In this document: positions 52,762 to 64,000 of the stretch, in pieces | Layout: the number at the start of each line of letters is the position of its first letter | Position numbering within the stretch: position 1 is the stretch's first letter | Source of the DNA: Camelus ferus | Lineage: Eukaryota | Length of the DNA stretch: 64,000 bases | NCBI RefSeq assembly: GCF_009834535.1 | Contig: NC_045696.1 | Span: 7,256,001 to 7,320,000, forward strand | Direction of reading: 5' to 3' | The notes under the pieces: model-generated | Database searches by the model: none | What the model saw: only the letters and a program-made list of their open reading frames with translations | What the model was told of the DNA's origin: nothing | Translations under genes and position numbers: made by a program

Positions 52762-53336
52762 TGTTACCCAAAAACTGGGTTTGCTTCTTGGTGGGTGTCA
52801 AGCCAAAAGATACAACCAAGGCAAACAGTGGGAGAAGGAAGGACTTACTGCTTGCAGAAACTAAGGAGAACACGGGGGATCTTTTCCAAAGCAGTGTTGG
52901 AAGAACTGGGGAAGTTTTAAGCTAAGGGTACATGCATATTCATGAAGGGGCTTGAGCAAAAGGAGAATTCAGTATAGAATCGGGGCAAAGGTCAACAGAG
53001 TCCAAGCTTTAGTTGATTGAAGTCAGAAAAGTTCCACATCACCATTCCATGCTCCACCTGGGTGGGGGCCTTGGCTCCTGCAGAATTCAAAGATATGCAT
53101 CAGGTTGTTTTGTACATCCCTTGAGGAGGAACTGGGACTCTGTTTTGTCACTGAACTATTGTTTTTTGACTGCTTTTCCTTTGTTCCTGCATCCCCTTAC
53201 TTCCCTTAAGATCATTAGTTACTGAGACCTGTTCAAGGACAAACATTGTGGCCAGGTTTGGATCATACAATGGCTTAGGGTCAATCAAGAAAGCTATGCC
53301 TGGTTCTCTTTCTTTACTCTACCGTATCTGCTTACA
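52762..53336 (-). mobile_element. ERV1-class solo LTR inserted in an L1MC 3' UTR (~52620-53525)
   Basis: TGTTAC...TTACA termini; 4-bp TSD ATAT; the host L1 reads through when the LTR is removed (aaaactaaagaaatat|gaataaagcatgaacttcagttaat). Confidence 0.8.
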
Positions 53337-53535
53337 ATATGAATAAAGCATGAACTTCAGTTAATAAAATGTATCAATATTAGATCATTAATTTTGACCA
53401 TATTAATGAAAGATATTAATAATAAGGGAAACTGGGTATTGGGTATACAGGAACTCTCTGTACTATCTTTGTCATTTTTTTGTAAATTCAAAATTACTCT
53501 AAAATAAAACATTTGTTAAAAAATTGGATCAACCT

Positions 53536-53820
53536 TGTTAGCGGATAGTGAGACCCCTAAATTTGGAGGCCCATCAAAGGGTGAGTCCTGCCACCAACTG
53601 TGAAGGAATTTGCAGCAGAGGCAGAAGGACAAAGTGAATGGCTGTTTTATTGCTCAGAAGAGGAAAAGGAAAGAAAGCATTCGAGTGGGGGAAAAGAAAA
53701 GAAAGGTGCTCAGTCAGGGAAAAGGTGCTCAAGCAGGGAGCTATCAGCCAAGATGGCCAGTGGTGACAGCTCCCACTGCAGCTCAGACCACGTGGACTTT
53801 TAGGGGAGGCTTCCAACTTG
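53536..53820 (-). mobile_element. Probable partial ERV LTR
   Basis: TGTTAGC terminus, reverse poly(A) signal ttttattg at ~53645, LTR-like composition; other end not found. Confidence 0.4.
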
Positions 53821-54914
53821 ATGCCAGAGTCAATCGCCTTGTCTTCTGTCCTTGTATGGACTCAATAGGCAATCAATAACCATTATGTAAAGGGTTTGGT
53901 TGCAAAAAATACTCTGATGCTATGTTCCACATCAGAACAGATTCAGTCCAGCATTGCAAATAATGAAACTATGAAGAGCATACAATGACAATTCATCAAA
54001 AAGAGATTAAACTACACTTGGTAGATTCAACAGAGGCAAGAGCATAAAACACACATTACTACATTCATTACAGATTTTTAATTAATTCTTACAAAATTAA
54101 TACATTCTCACTGGAAAAAAATTTTAAATACAGAAATATATAAAGAAAAATTTCCCTTTTCCATAGTCTCATCCTATATCCCAGAGGCATCCTTAGTTTA
54201 CATTCAAGATGTATTCCCCCAGAAATTTTTTAGGCATATATATATACAAAAATGAGTATGTAATTTGGAAACAATGAACAACTTTGATTGAAACAGATAC
54301 TAATTTTTTAAATTGAGCTTTGATTTGTTAACTAACCCATAATATCAAATCCCTAGGCATTCCGGTCAATTGGGAATTTAATAAAATCATCTAAACTTTG
54401 AGACGTTTTCCGGACAAAATCCTCTATTTGATATGTGCCCTGAGACTCTTTGAGAATCTTTTGCTCAGGCTAGGAATAAGAAAGAGTTTTATCCTTAAAC
54501 TCTGAAAATCCTGGTTCCTTTACAGTTTTTAAATTTTTTCTTGAAAAAGTTTTTACTCTTTATCTGTACCTTATCATTTGTGACCAAGTAAAACTGCTTG
54601 GCACTTTAAAGATTCTGCCCGGAGAGCTCCTTAGGCAAAACGGCCAGTTTATTAGATGTATTTTCTGTTTTCTCTATCACCACAGGGGATAGTGGTGCCA
54701 GACTTCATGGCATGACATAAAAAGGGTTGCCTTTTTGCAATCTTCCAATAATAATTTCCTCCCTGGTCTCCCACGTGCAACAATATCTCCTCAAAGGATT
54801 TCAAGTTTACACTAAAGGGCCTTTTCAGCATCTGCCCAGGGCTGGCCCAAAGACCCACACTGTCTGTTTCAGGTGTTGGTTATGGGTTCTACCCCAATTC
54901 CTACCACTACCTTT

Positions 54915-55451
54915 CTGTTTCAGTCACTATAGCTGCCTAACAAATTAGCCCCAAACTTAGCAGCTTAAAACAACATTCTGGCTATGCTTATAGATTTTGC
55001 AGGTTAGAAATTTGGAGGGGGCGTGGTAGGGATGGCTGTCTCTGCCTCATGATGTCTGAAGCCTCAGCTGGGAAGCTGTGAAGGCTAGAGGGATCCAGTG
55101 GCTAAGAGCAGAAGTCACCTGAACCCAGTCACTTATATGTCTGGCAGAGCTGGGAAGACTAGGACTGCCGACCAGAACATCTGCAAGTTACCTTTCCACG
55201 TGGCTTAATTCTCCTGCTTCAGTAGAAGCTCAGGGTTCTAAGTGTGACGGAAACTAAATCACCATTTAGCACTGGAAATCACACAAATTCTTCCCATACG
55301 CTATTGGTTAGAGCCACCCCAAATCTACTAGATTCAAAGGGAGTGACAGACCTCATCTCTTAATGGGAAAAGTAGTCAGGACACATTGTAGAATATCTTG
55401 CGGGATGGAAGATACTTTTGCAGCTATCTTTAGAAAATACAATGTGTGACA
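54915..55451 (-). mobile_element. MaLR LTR (MLT1G/H-like)
   Basis: tagctgcctaacaaattagccccaaacttagcagcttaaaacaaca...gctatctttagaaaatacaatgtgtgaca. Confidence 0.75.
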
Positions 55452-55603
55452 TAAGTAAGAAATCCGTAACCATATAGATGATTTGAACAATGCAAATTTT
55501 GCAAATAAACTGACGTGATTAACTTACGTAGATCACTGTGTGTGTGCGTGTATATATATGTGTACATATGTGTATGTGTATATATATATAAACTGTAAGT
55601 ACA

Positions 55604-55996
55604 GCACAGCTACAGAAACAATAAAAAGATCATGGTTTCCAGGGGTTTGGGGAGAGGGAGGGAGGAACGAATAGATGGAGCACAAGGGATTTTTAGGGTG
55701 ATGAAATGATTCTGTATATTATAGTGATGGACATGTCATTATGTATTTGTCAAAGCCCACAGAATGTACAACATCAAGAGTGAACCCTATTGTAAACTAT
55801 GGAATTTCGCTGAAAATAATGTGTCCATGTTGGTTCATCAATTGTACCAAATATGCCACACTGATGAGGGATGTTGAGGGTGGGGAGGATACATGTGTGG
55901 GTAGGGAGGGCTATGGGAACTCTGTATTTTCTGCTCAGTTCTGCTGTAAACCTTAAACTGCTCTAAAAAATAGAGTCTATTTAAGAGTAAAAACAA
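55604..55996 (+). mobile_element. L1MC1-like 3' end inserted into an older L1 ORF2 fragment (~55455-56280)
   Basis: End ctgtaaaccttaaactgctctaaaaaatagagtctat; perfect 14-bp TSD aaactgtaagtaca (55590-55603 / 55997-56010). Confidence 0.8.
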
Positions 55997-56559
55997 AAAC
56001 TGTAAGTACAAAATATCCATTCTTCTGAAATGTTCACAATATCTTTACCAAAAATGACAATATACTGAGCATAAAGCAAATCCCAATAAATTCCATAAGA
56101 CAGTAATTATAGAGAGAATGTGCTCTAACCCTAGTGAAATTTACCTAGAAATTAGTAACAAAAAGGTAAACAGAATATCCCCATATATTGGAAATTAAGA
56201 AACACATTTCTAAATAACTAAGAAGTCAAAAAAGAAATTCCAAAAGAAATGAGAAAATATTGTAAACTGAATGATCATTGAAATTGTGCTTTTTATTTTG
56301 TCATTATTTATTTTTAAAATTTTTATTTAAAAATTTTTAAATTTAAAATTAATTTAGTTATTTTTACTTAAAATTTTTTTATTTCTCAATTTTAAATTTT
56401 ACTTAAAATTTTTATTTTTATTTATAATATTATACTAATTTCAGGTGTGCAACATACTATTCAAAATTTAAATAGATTATGCTCCATTTAAAGTTATTAT
56501 AAGATAATTCCCTGTCCTGTGTAAAATATGATTTTTTAAAGTAGTATATCAAAATTTAT

Positions 56560-57410
56560 AAGACTTCTGCTTTCTGCCTCGCTGTAGTAAATGGTGCCAG
56601 TCTAGCCTTCCCATTCCCCCATAAATGACTAGAAAACTCTAAAATAACATAAACCAAATGCTATCAGATATTACATAAGAGTGCAGAACTGTGAGCCCTT
56701 AGAGAAAGAAAACAAACTTGTTCTGAAATGTGGTGCGGAGAAGGAGGAAAGGCAGGTTATAATGGCTTTGCTGAGTTAGAGGAAACGGGGATTACAGTTC
56801 AGGAAGGCTGAAGCCAGGAAGAGGTCTGGAAAGGAAGATGCTACGCGGAGAAGGAACTCCTGCAATCTGCGTGGAAGCCCCGCTAAGTCTTTGCTGAGTC
56901 CTCGACTGCGCTCGCGTGGAGTAAATCCCCACGGAGTTATGCAGAAAGTGACCAGAGAACTGTAATCTAAACCATGCCCACAGCACACACAGAGTCAGAA
57001 GACATCTGCATCTGTCCGGCCAGGTTAGAAATATTGGCAACATTCAGTGGAGACCCAAGACGGGTAATGGTCAGTGTTGGGGCTGAATGAGTCCTGGAAC
57101 CAGGCTTCTCCAAGTGAGTAAAGCAAAGTTTAAAAACAGGCCTTGCAGGTATCAAACTGATAGCCTCAAATAAACTAACTGCCTATTGAAACAGTCTTTA
57201 AAAGATGAAAACTCAATCCAGACACTCTTTATTGTGCACACACAATGTCCACCATTCAACTGGAAAATACCGGATATGCAATAAGGTGCAACTATAACCA
57301 GGAGAAAACTCAGCCAACGGGAGGGACTCAGTAATGACAGATATGAGGGAACTAGTAGCCAAGGACATTACAACAGATAATATAACAATATTTAAGAATT
57401 TAAATATTAA
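56560..57410 (+). mobile_element. Old L1M 5' region remnant
   Basis: gacttctgctttctgcc...ataaatgactagaaaact...agggaactagtagccaaggacatta. Confidence 0.5.
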
Positions 57411-57554
57411 TATCACCCTCACTGTACAAGAATACGGCTCCATGGAAACCTGATGTCAACTATTAATTGGCTCATTGACTCAGCTATATGATTGGCTTTA
57501 TTTTTTGTGTTATAAGTATTTCATATTAGCAAGATTTCTAGATGCTATCTTTGT

Positions 57555-57668
57555 TTTTTTTTTAACTGAAGTATAGTCAATTACAACGTGTCCATTTCTG
57601 ATGTACAGCATGTTTCAGTCATACATAGTGTACATAGTCATACCTATTTTTGTTTTCATATTCTTTTT
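57555..57668 (-). mobile_element. Short lineage-specific L1 3' tail insertion
   Basis: tttttaactgaagtatagtcaattacaa...; TSD tagatgctatctttgt (57539-57554) / tagatgctgtctttgt (57669-57684). Confidence 0.75.
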
Positions 57669-60477
57669 TAGATGCTGTCTTTGTAATTCTAAACCTTTAG
57701 TCTCATTCAATTCATGAACACCTGTAGATACAATGAGGAGGGTTATTGAGCCCCTGAGCATGGAAATGGGTTTGGTGGTTGTTGTTTTGATACCAGTGTG
57801 TTTTGATTAAAAATGTTATTGCAATGAACTCCTGTTTCCATGAGGTAGAGAGTGGGTCTTTAGTCCTTGGAACCAAAAGAGCCACAATCTAGGCCATAGG
57901 AGGCATTGCTTTGAGTACACATGTGTTATGAGAACAAAATCTGTAGTAGAAAGGCCAAATGGGAGGAGTGTTGCAAAGTCCAATCAGAGCGAACACAAAT
58001 GGAAAGAAGCAGCAAATAAGGCCAGTAGAGGAAAGGACTAATGAAAAGAAATGGATATTCGGACACCAAACGGGCAGTTGGGACCCCTGGTCTCAGAAGC
58101 GGGTCCAAAAATGTGTCTATAGCGTGAGAGTAACCGTAAAATCAGGATAGCAACAGGTCATACAAGGAGCAGATGGTTCCCTTGTGTTCTCCTACAGAGG
58201 ACTGACTTTGGCCACCTTGAAAATGGATAGGGATGAAGGTGAAATGGACAATCAATCTAAAAGGAACTCTTTAAATATTTCTCTCCAAATCCACACCCCC
58301 AGGAAAGACCACTCTTAACTGTAGTGAATATATAAAGAATGAAATCAGATGCTCTTGAATACTCAACCAGCATCCCGCCCCTCCAACTCCTGCTCACTCC
58401 TCTAAATAAGAAGGTATGCATAGACACACTGAGCCTTTTGGAGCTGTTGGAGAGCACCCAAGATGCTTTATTTTCCTGCACATATGCTTTCAACCTATTT
58501 AGAAAATGTTCTACTTTGAGACAATATTTCTTACTTTTAAATCTACCAGGTAATTTTTAATAAAACAAAGCCCACTAAGTATATAGTTCAATGTGTGGGG
58601 TTTTTTAATTTAAAAGAAAGCTATCAATCTTAAGGTGTTTAATTTTGGATTGCATCATCAGAGATGAACACAAACTCCAAGTTTCTATTTTCAGTCAAGT
58701 GAAGGGGGGAAACACACACCTGGTGGGTTTTTATTCACACATTAGCTGCACGCTGCATGAGACCCGCTCCCATTAGGGGTGACAGCCTGTGGAGTGACAC
58801 TGTTAGATCTTTAATTTTAAAAGTTTCTTCTTACTTTTGAATGTGATAGTTTCATGTTATTTCAGAGGTAATCCCCTGAAAAAATTCCCACTGGTATTTT
58901 TAGAATTTCTTATTATGGAAGATTTCAAACATAGAGAAAAGTAGATAGACTAGTACAGTGAATCCCAGTCACCTAGATGCAACAATTATCAGCTCAAGGT
59001 CAACTTTGTTTCATCTGTGCCCTCACTTTTTGCCTTCTGGGATCATTTAGAAGCAAATCCTGACATCATAACATTTCAGGTGGAAATATTTCAATATGTA
59101 ATTCTAAAAGACAAGGACTCACAGTTTCATTTTGTACCCCAAAATTAATTATTTCATAATTTCAAGTACAGTCAGCATGTCATATTATAGTCAGTAATTC
59201 CAACCAAATCAGTTTTTGAGGAAAGCTCTCATTTTGCACCATAAGGAAGACAATGTGGTCTGCCTTCCTGTCTGCAGAAGGAAAGGATTTGAGTTAAAAC
59301 AAGGACAAAAATGGACAGAAGGAAATGTGACCGTTCTTGGATTCATGAGGGCTCTTTGACAGCAGGTCAGAGCTGGATCAAACAACCAGAGAAGGACCCT
59401 TTATTCCAATAATACTGGAGTGTCTCATGGGACTGAACAAAGCCAGCAGGGCCCCAGAGGGGCATGGAACTGGGAAATGGAATGCAGTTCCCAAGGGTAT
59501 CCTCGTCATCACCAGTTCTCCTCTCTCCCACCTAGATATCTAAGCTACTCCTTCCTCATGAGTAGAGAAAAGCAGTGCTTGAGTTCTTGAGTTTTCCTCC
59601 TTCTCTTTATAAGAAACCAGCCCACAGTGAGATGAGAACTAGCTTAGTTACAACTGCAAATTTCCAGGAAAAGGGGCTCTGATTGGGCCAGTTTGAGTTA
59701 AGTGTCCATTCTTGGTCCGATCGCCAGTGGCGGAGGCGGTGGGTCACTTGTCACAAACATGGCTTACCCACATTAAAGATGCAGACTCCGGCCCTCCTTC
59801 CCAGACATCCAGTTTGACAACCTTGGGGCCCGGCCCAGGAATCTGCCTTTTGAACAAGTCAGGAGATTTTGACGCACACCCAAGAATGAGAACCACTTGC
59901 TGTGGACAGAAACACCAATCAAGTTGACCCTAGAATGTTCCATTCATTCTTTTGCCTTTGAACAAGATGAGGTTTCCTAATATAATTTCCCCACATTTCT
60001 GTGGTGAGGGAGATGAGTGTAGCCAGCATACCACAGCTGTTAGGGAAGGCATTTAAGTCTCCACCCTAAATACCTTTCCTCCTGCCCCGGGAACTGCCCT
60101 AAACAGCTGCCCGGTTCAGGAAAAGCTCACGAAGTTCTCCTGGGCTCCCAGGCATACCACCATCCCCCCAAATTAGGGAACTGGTTTGTTTCCCTCAATG
60201 TAATGTACGAACATTCTTGGACATGGCATCCGTACTGAGTAGGCTAACATAATAACAATTATGTTTAGAAATTGTACATTCTAATTTGGAAGTTACCAAC
60301 ATGAACTGATATAACAGTATCTAGATTTGCATGTCAAGGTACCCTTGATGCTCTCACATTTGGAAAGTTATGATGGCTACCACAAATCCTGCAGGTAAGA
60401 CGGCCTGTTTGTGCAAAGCAGTCTTAGGCTGGTCCTGAAAGAATCATCTCTTTTAATTTTCCCTTTTAAAAAGAAGA

Positions 60478-60822
60478 CAGCTTGATTGAAGTACAATTTA
60501 CATAGTATAAACATCACCTGCTATAAGGGTACAGCTGATGAATTTTAGTGAATTTATGTATTTATGAACCGTCTCCACAATCCAGTTTCCCAACAACACC
60601 CAAAAAGCTACCTTTGCCTGTTTGCTCCCACCTGTGGTCCCAGGCAACCACCTATCCACTCTATTTCTATAGTTTTGCCATTGCTAGAAATTTCATAGAA
60701 ATGGAATCATCCAGTATGCAGTCTGTGTTTATTTTCACTTTGTGAAAAGTTTCTGAGATCCATGAGGCTGTTGTGTAGATTAGTAGTTTGTTCCTTGTAT
60801 TGCCAAGTGGTACTCCATTGGG
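60478..60822 (-). mobile_element. L1MB-like 3' end
   Basis: cagcttgattgaagtacaatttacatagtataaacatcacc...agaaatttcatagaaatggaatcat. Confidence 0.75.
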
Positions 60823-62686
60823 TCAATCTTTCTAATGTCTTGATTTGCTGTTTTAACTCTCTGAAACAGGATGTTTTCACATTGGTATGGTTGGAACTCT
60901 TCCACGACTAGGAACTCCACACCTAGACAATGTCTTCCTGTCTCTGTGTTGTTGGAGGAAACCTGCACCTCATTCTGATTGTGTGAGTTGGCAGAGAACA
61001 CTAGAGGATCGTCTTCCTGGTGTTGTTTCAACATTCAGCTCATGTTCCTCGGTTTCAACTAAAGATACCTATTTTTCAGTGAAAAATCATTGTACGAGTT
61101 TTTTTTTTTTTAAGATTTAATTGTTTCTACAGGGTTCCCCCCCCCCCCCGAAGCATGGAGTGTCATTTATCAGGTAATATCACTTAAATATGCTGAGAGC
61201 TTGATCACAATTTTATGTGTATTTTAGCACAAGAGGATGAATGTAAAACCACACGCCTGAGTGCGAACACGCCACTCTGCGGGACACGGATTTTACAGTT
61301 CCCTGTATTCTTGGGCTCACAGTAACGCACTGCAGCTCCCAAACCTGGTAAAAACTTGACCCTCTGTGAATGAGCTCCATGCCTCTATTTTAGAGTGCAT
61401 ATTCTCCGGTTCAAATACCTTTGTGTGCATATCTTTGGAAATGCTCTCTCCGCTTCCGAGGCATTCTCCGAACATTTTCTGACATAGCCAGCGTTCCGGG
61501 GTATTTGAGGAAGAGCCTCAGCGCTCTCCCTCCGATCCATTTCCGGCTGCACAGCTGAGTGGCCCAAAGAGGAAAGACCATCTAGCGGTTTGGAGAATTT
61601 AGCTCAGTCGGCCCTGGAGGGCTTTATTTTTAACAGTACGATTAAACAATATTTCTGACACCACAGGAAATTAGACCCATGTGTACCAAGTGCTTCTTTT
61701 GAAAGGGGCAAATGCTAGGCTGTAAAGCAAGGATTTGTATAACTCATTCATTAAAGAGAAATTTCAGCCCCAAATACGACGTGCTCAGTGTGGGAGGAGC
61801 TACAAAGCCGAGAAATTCTCATCTTCAAGGAGCGTGCAACCTCCAAGAGGAGCCATGACTTTGGTTTTATTCCTGAGCTGATTTGTGTTCACTGACGAAC
61901 TTTGGACATCTGCATGTTCCTTCTCTGGTTTTCTAGGAAGATAGTTTCTATATTATTCTGGAGACAGAAATCTTTCGCTTCACTAGAACACAAGTTTCTT
62001 TCCCATCAGAGGAGCACAAGTGGACCCAATTGTCTTCTGAGGTTGCAGCTAAACACACCTGCAACTTACTAGAAGATCTTTCATTTTAACCTTGATGATA
62101 TAAAACTTCTGTACCCATCACTGAAGACACGTGGGATGTCCCGAAAGAGCCCCGAGCCAGGAGCCAGGAAACCTGGGTGCCGGTTCTGGCTCTGCTGCTA
62201 ATTGGCAGGGTGATTTTTGGCCTCTACTTTGGTTTCCCCAGGGTCTTGGTTATTTCATCAGGAGGAAACTCATGTCAGTAAGTTCTTAGGTTCCTTTCAG
62301 CAAGAAGATTCCGTGAGGCCTTTTCCACGGAGGGCACAAATAGCTGGCAAGCCCTTGCCTAATAATTATTGTTAGGTAACCTTCCCACGGCTTTATGACT
62401 TTTCCACTCTTCACGTGTTATATATCTTTTTTTCTTTGCATTTGTAAAGGAGCAAAGTAAGAAACACATCACTGATATGTACTGAAGTTTTAAATATTGA
62501 TTTTGACTGTGCAGTAATCAGAAAATTAACCTTAACATTTCATATATATACATATATATCTCTTTCAGCCACGAAAATGAGGAAATCAAGTCATTAACGT
62601 AGGCAAATGAGAAGTGAGACTTTTGAGTTTCAGTGTCATTTCTTCCATCCTCTTCCAACCTCCAATTTCAAGATAAACCATGAAGA

Positions 62687-62833
62687 GGGGGGAGGTTGTA
62701 GCTCAGTGGTAGAGTGTATGTTTACCATGCACAAGGTCCTGGGTTCAATCCCCAGTGTCTCCTTTAATAAATAGACCTAATTACCACCCTCCAACAAATT
62801 TAAAAAATAATAAGAAAATAAAATTTTTTTAAA
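62687..62833 (+). mobile_element. Vic-1-like SINE
   Basis: gtagctcagtggtagagtgtatgtttaccatgcacaaggtcctgggttcaatcccc...gacctaattacc; TSD agataaaccatgaaga / agattagccatgaaga. Confidence 0.9.
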
Positions 62834-63584
62834 AAGATTAGCCATGAAGAAGGTGACAGAGATTGCATGACATCCCAGTGTCCTGCTGTTCTTAAATAAA
62901 GGAAGGATAAAATCCCTGTCTTCATAATGTAAAAAGGAGTATGCATTTATCCTTGATGTTTTAATGATTAACTTCTCAGATGCCAGCAAAAGCTGGGATG
63001 AAGTCTTTATGAGGAATAAAGGATGACGAAACACCAAAATCATAAAAATTAAAATTTCAGTGTTTATCCTGCTGTTCTTTGTATATTCACGTATCCTTCT
63101 GTATACACAATGCAAAGCAACTGAGCATAGGGAGCCCCAGTACATTTTGATAAAATGTGGATAAAGTTCAAATAGTAGGTCTCAGAAAGGTCTATAAATC
63201 TTCACTCTAATTAAACATATACCTGTTCTTCAAAATTTTAAAGATATGTCAAGAAAATTGTCCAGAAAGTTTAGATATAAAGTTTAGGTGTTAGTCAAAT
63301 CTCCAATCACTCAGCCATGGCAAGCACGATGATTACGTCATCAGAAAACATCCCCTTCTTGTCCTCCTGCCTCAGCCAGAAATGGAAAGTGAAATTCCTG
63401 GATGTGAAACAGGCCTGGGATAGAGGCCAGTGTCCTAGAGAAGCGAGAGTTACCCCAGCGAGGTGAAATCTCAGGAGCATCTGATAGCGTGTGGGTGAAT
63501 TGGATCAAAGATGGAACCCAGTGAATGATGAGCAAACAGTTTGGCAAATCTGGATGAAAGCGATAGAAAAGTAAGTTTCAAGCA

Positions 63585-63915
63585 AATGTTGAAATTAGAT
63601 CCTGCTGCAAAGGACAGAAAATTCAAAGTAACACCACGGTAAACATGATTTAAGAGTTTTCTCTAAACATCTGTATGAAGGGTGCCTCAATCAACAGGAA
63701 CCCAGGCTCCTTCCACCTTGTTGCCCACCATTCTCGACACGAAGCTTCACATTTTGGGCCAAGACAGCTCCTCAAGCCCCATCAAGGCAGCAAGAAGAAA
63801 GAAGGGGAAGAGAAAAGTTCCCCTCCACTTTTCAGAAGTGCAAATACCACTTCCACTTACATCCCATTGCCTTGAATTTAGTCACAAAGTCACAGCGATG
63901 CACAGGAGGTAGGGA
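63585..63915 (-). mobile_element. MaLR LTR (MLT1J-like)
   Basis: aggaacccaggctccttccaccttgttgccc...cacttccacttacatcccattgccttgaatttagtcaca. Confidence 0.6.
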
Positions 63916-64000
63916 TTCTGGTGGAGGTTGGGTTTCCTGATTCTGGGAGCTTCGTGGTCAGTTAAGAATCAGGGTTCTATTACTGTAGAAGAGTGTGTCT

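Noticed and set aside
56290..56430. AT-only quasi-palindromic tract (similar at ~5000-5035 and 42780-43030)
   Set aside because: Decayed L1 tails or low-complexity DNA, where palindromy is expected by chance

Overview
Mammalian genomic DNA, very likely from a camelid (five tRNA-derived SINEs with the Vic-1-type body and AATAAACCTAATTACC tail). The only genic structure I can support is a ~2.2 kb CpG island (~25.9-28.1 kb). It holds the promoter and a long, AUG-free, non-coding first exon of a minus-strand gene, with a perfect CCG|GTGAGT donor at 26471/26470. Bases 1-26470 are therefore intron 1. The exon resembles my recollection of USP9X exon 1, but that identity is tentative. No credible protein-coding exon is present: the long ORFs in the track are GC-rich or repeat-derived. 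The rest is ancient and lineage-specific repeats (L1, L2, MIR, MaLR/ERVL/ERV1 LTRs, MER5, MER58); subfamily names are by-eye calls and many boundaries are approximate. The most notable observations are: (1) a ~99% identical ~943 bp duplication 11,810 bp apart that starts inside two otherwise diverged MER34-like LTRs, suggesting LTR-primed gene conversion or template switching; (2) a 9-nt exonic sequence perfectly complementary to the exon-1 5' splice site, forming a potential U1-blocking hairpin; (3) an L1 whose 5' UTR is fused directly to the distal part of ORF2; (4) paired RFX X-boxes with YY1, CRE-like and E-box sites in the promoter. I found no evidence of a wholly new multi-gene system.
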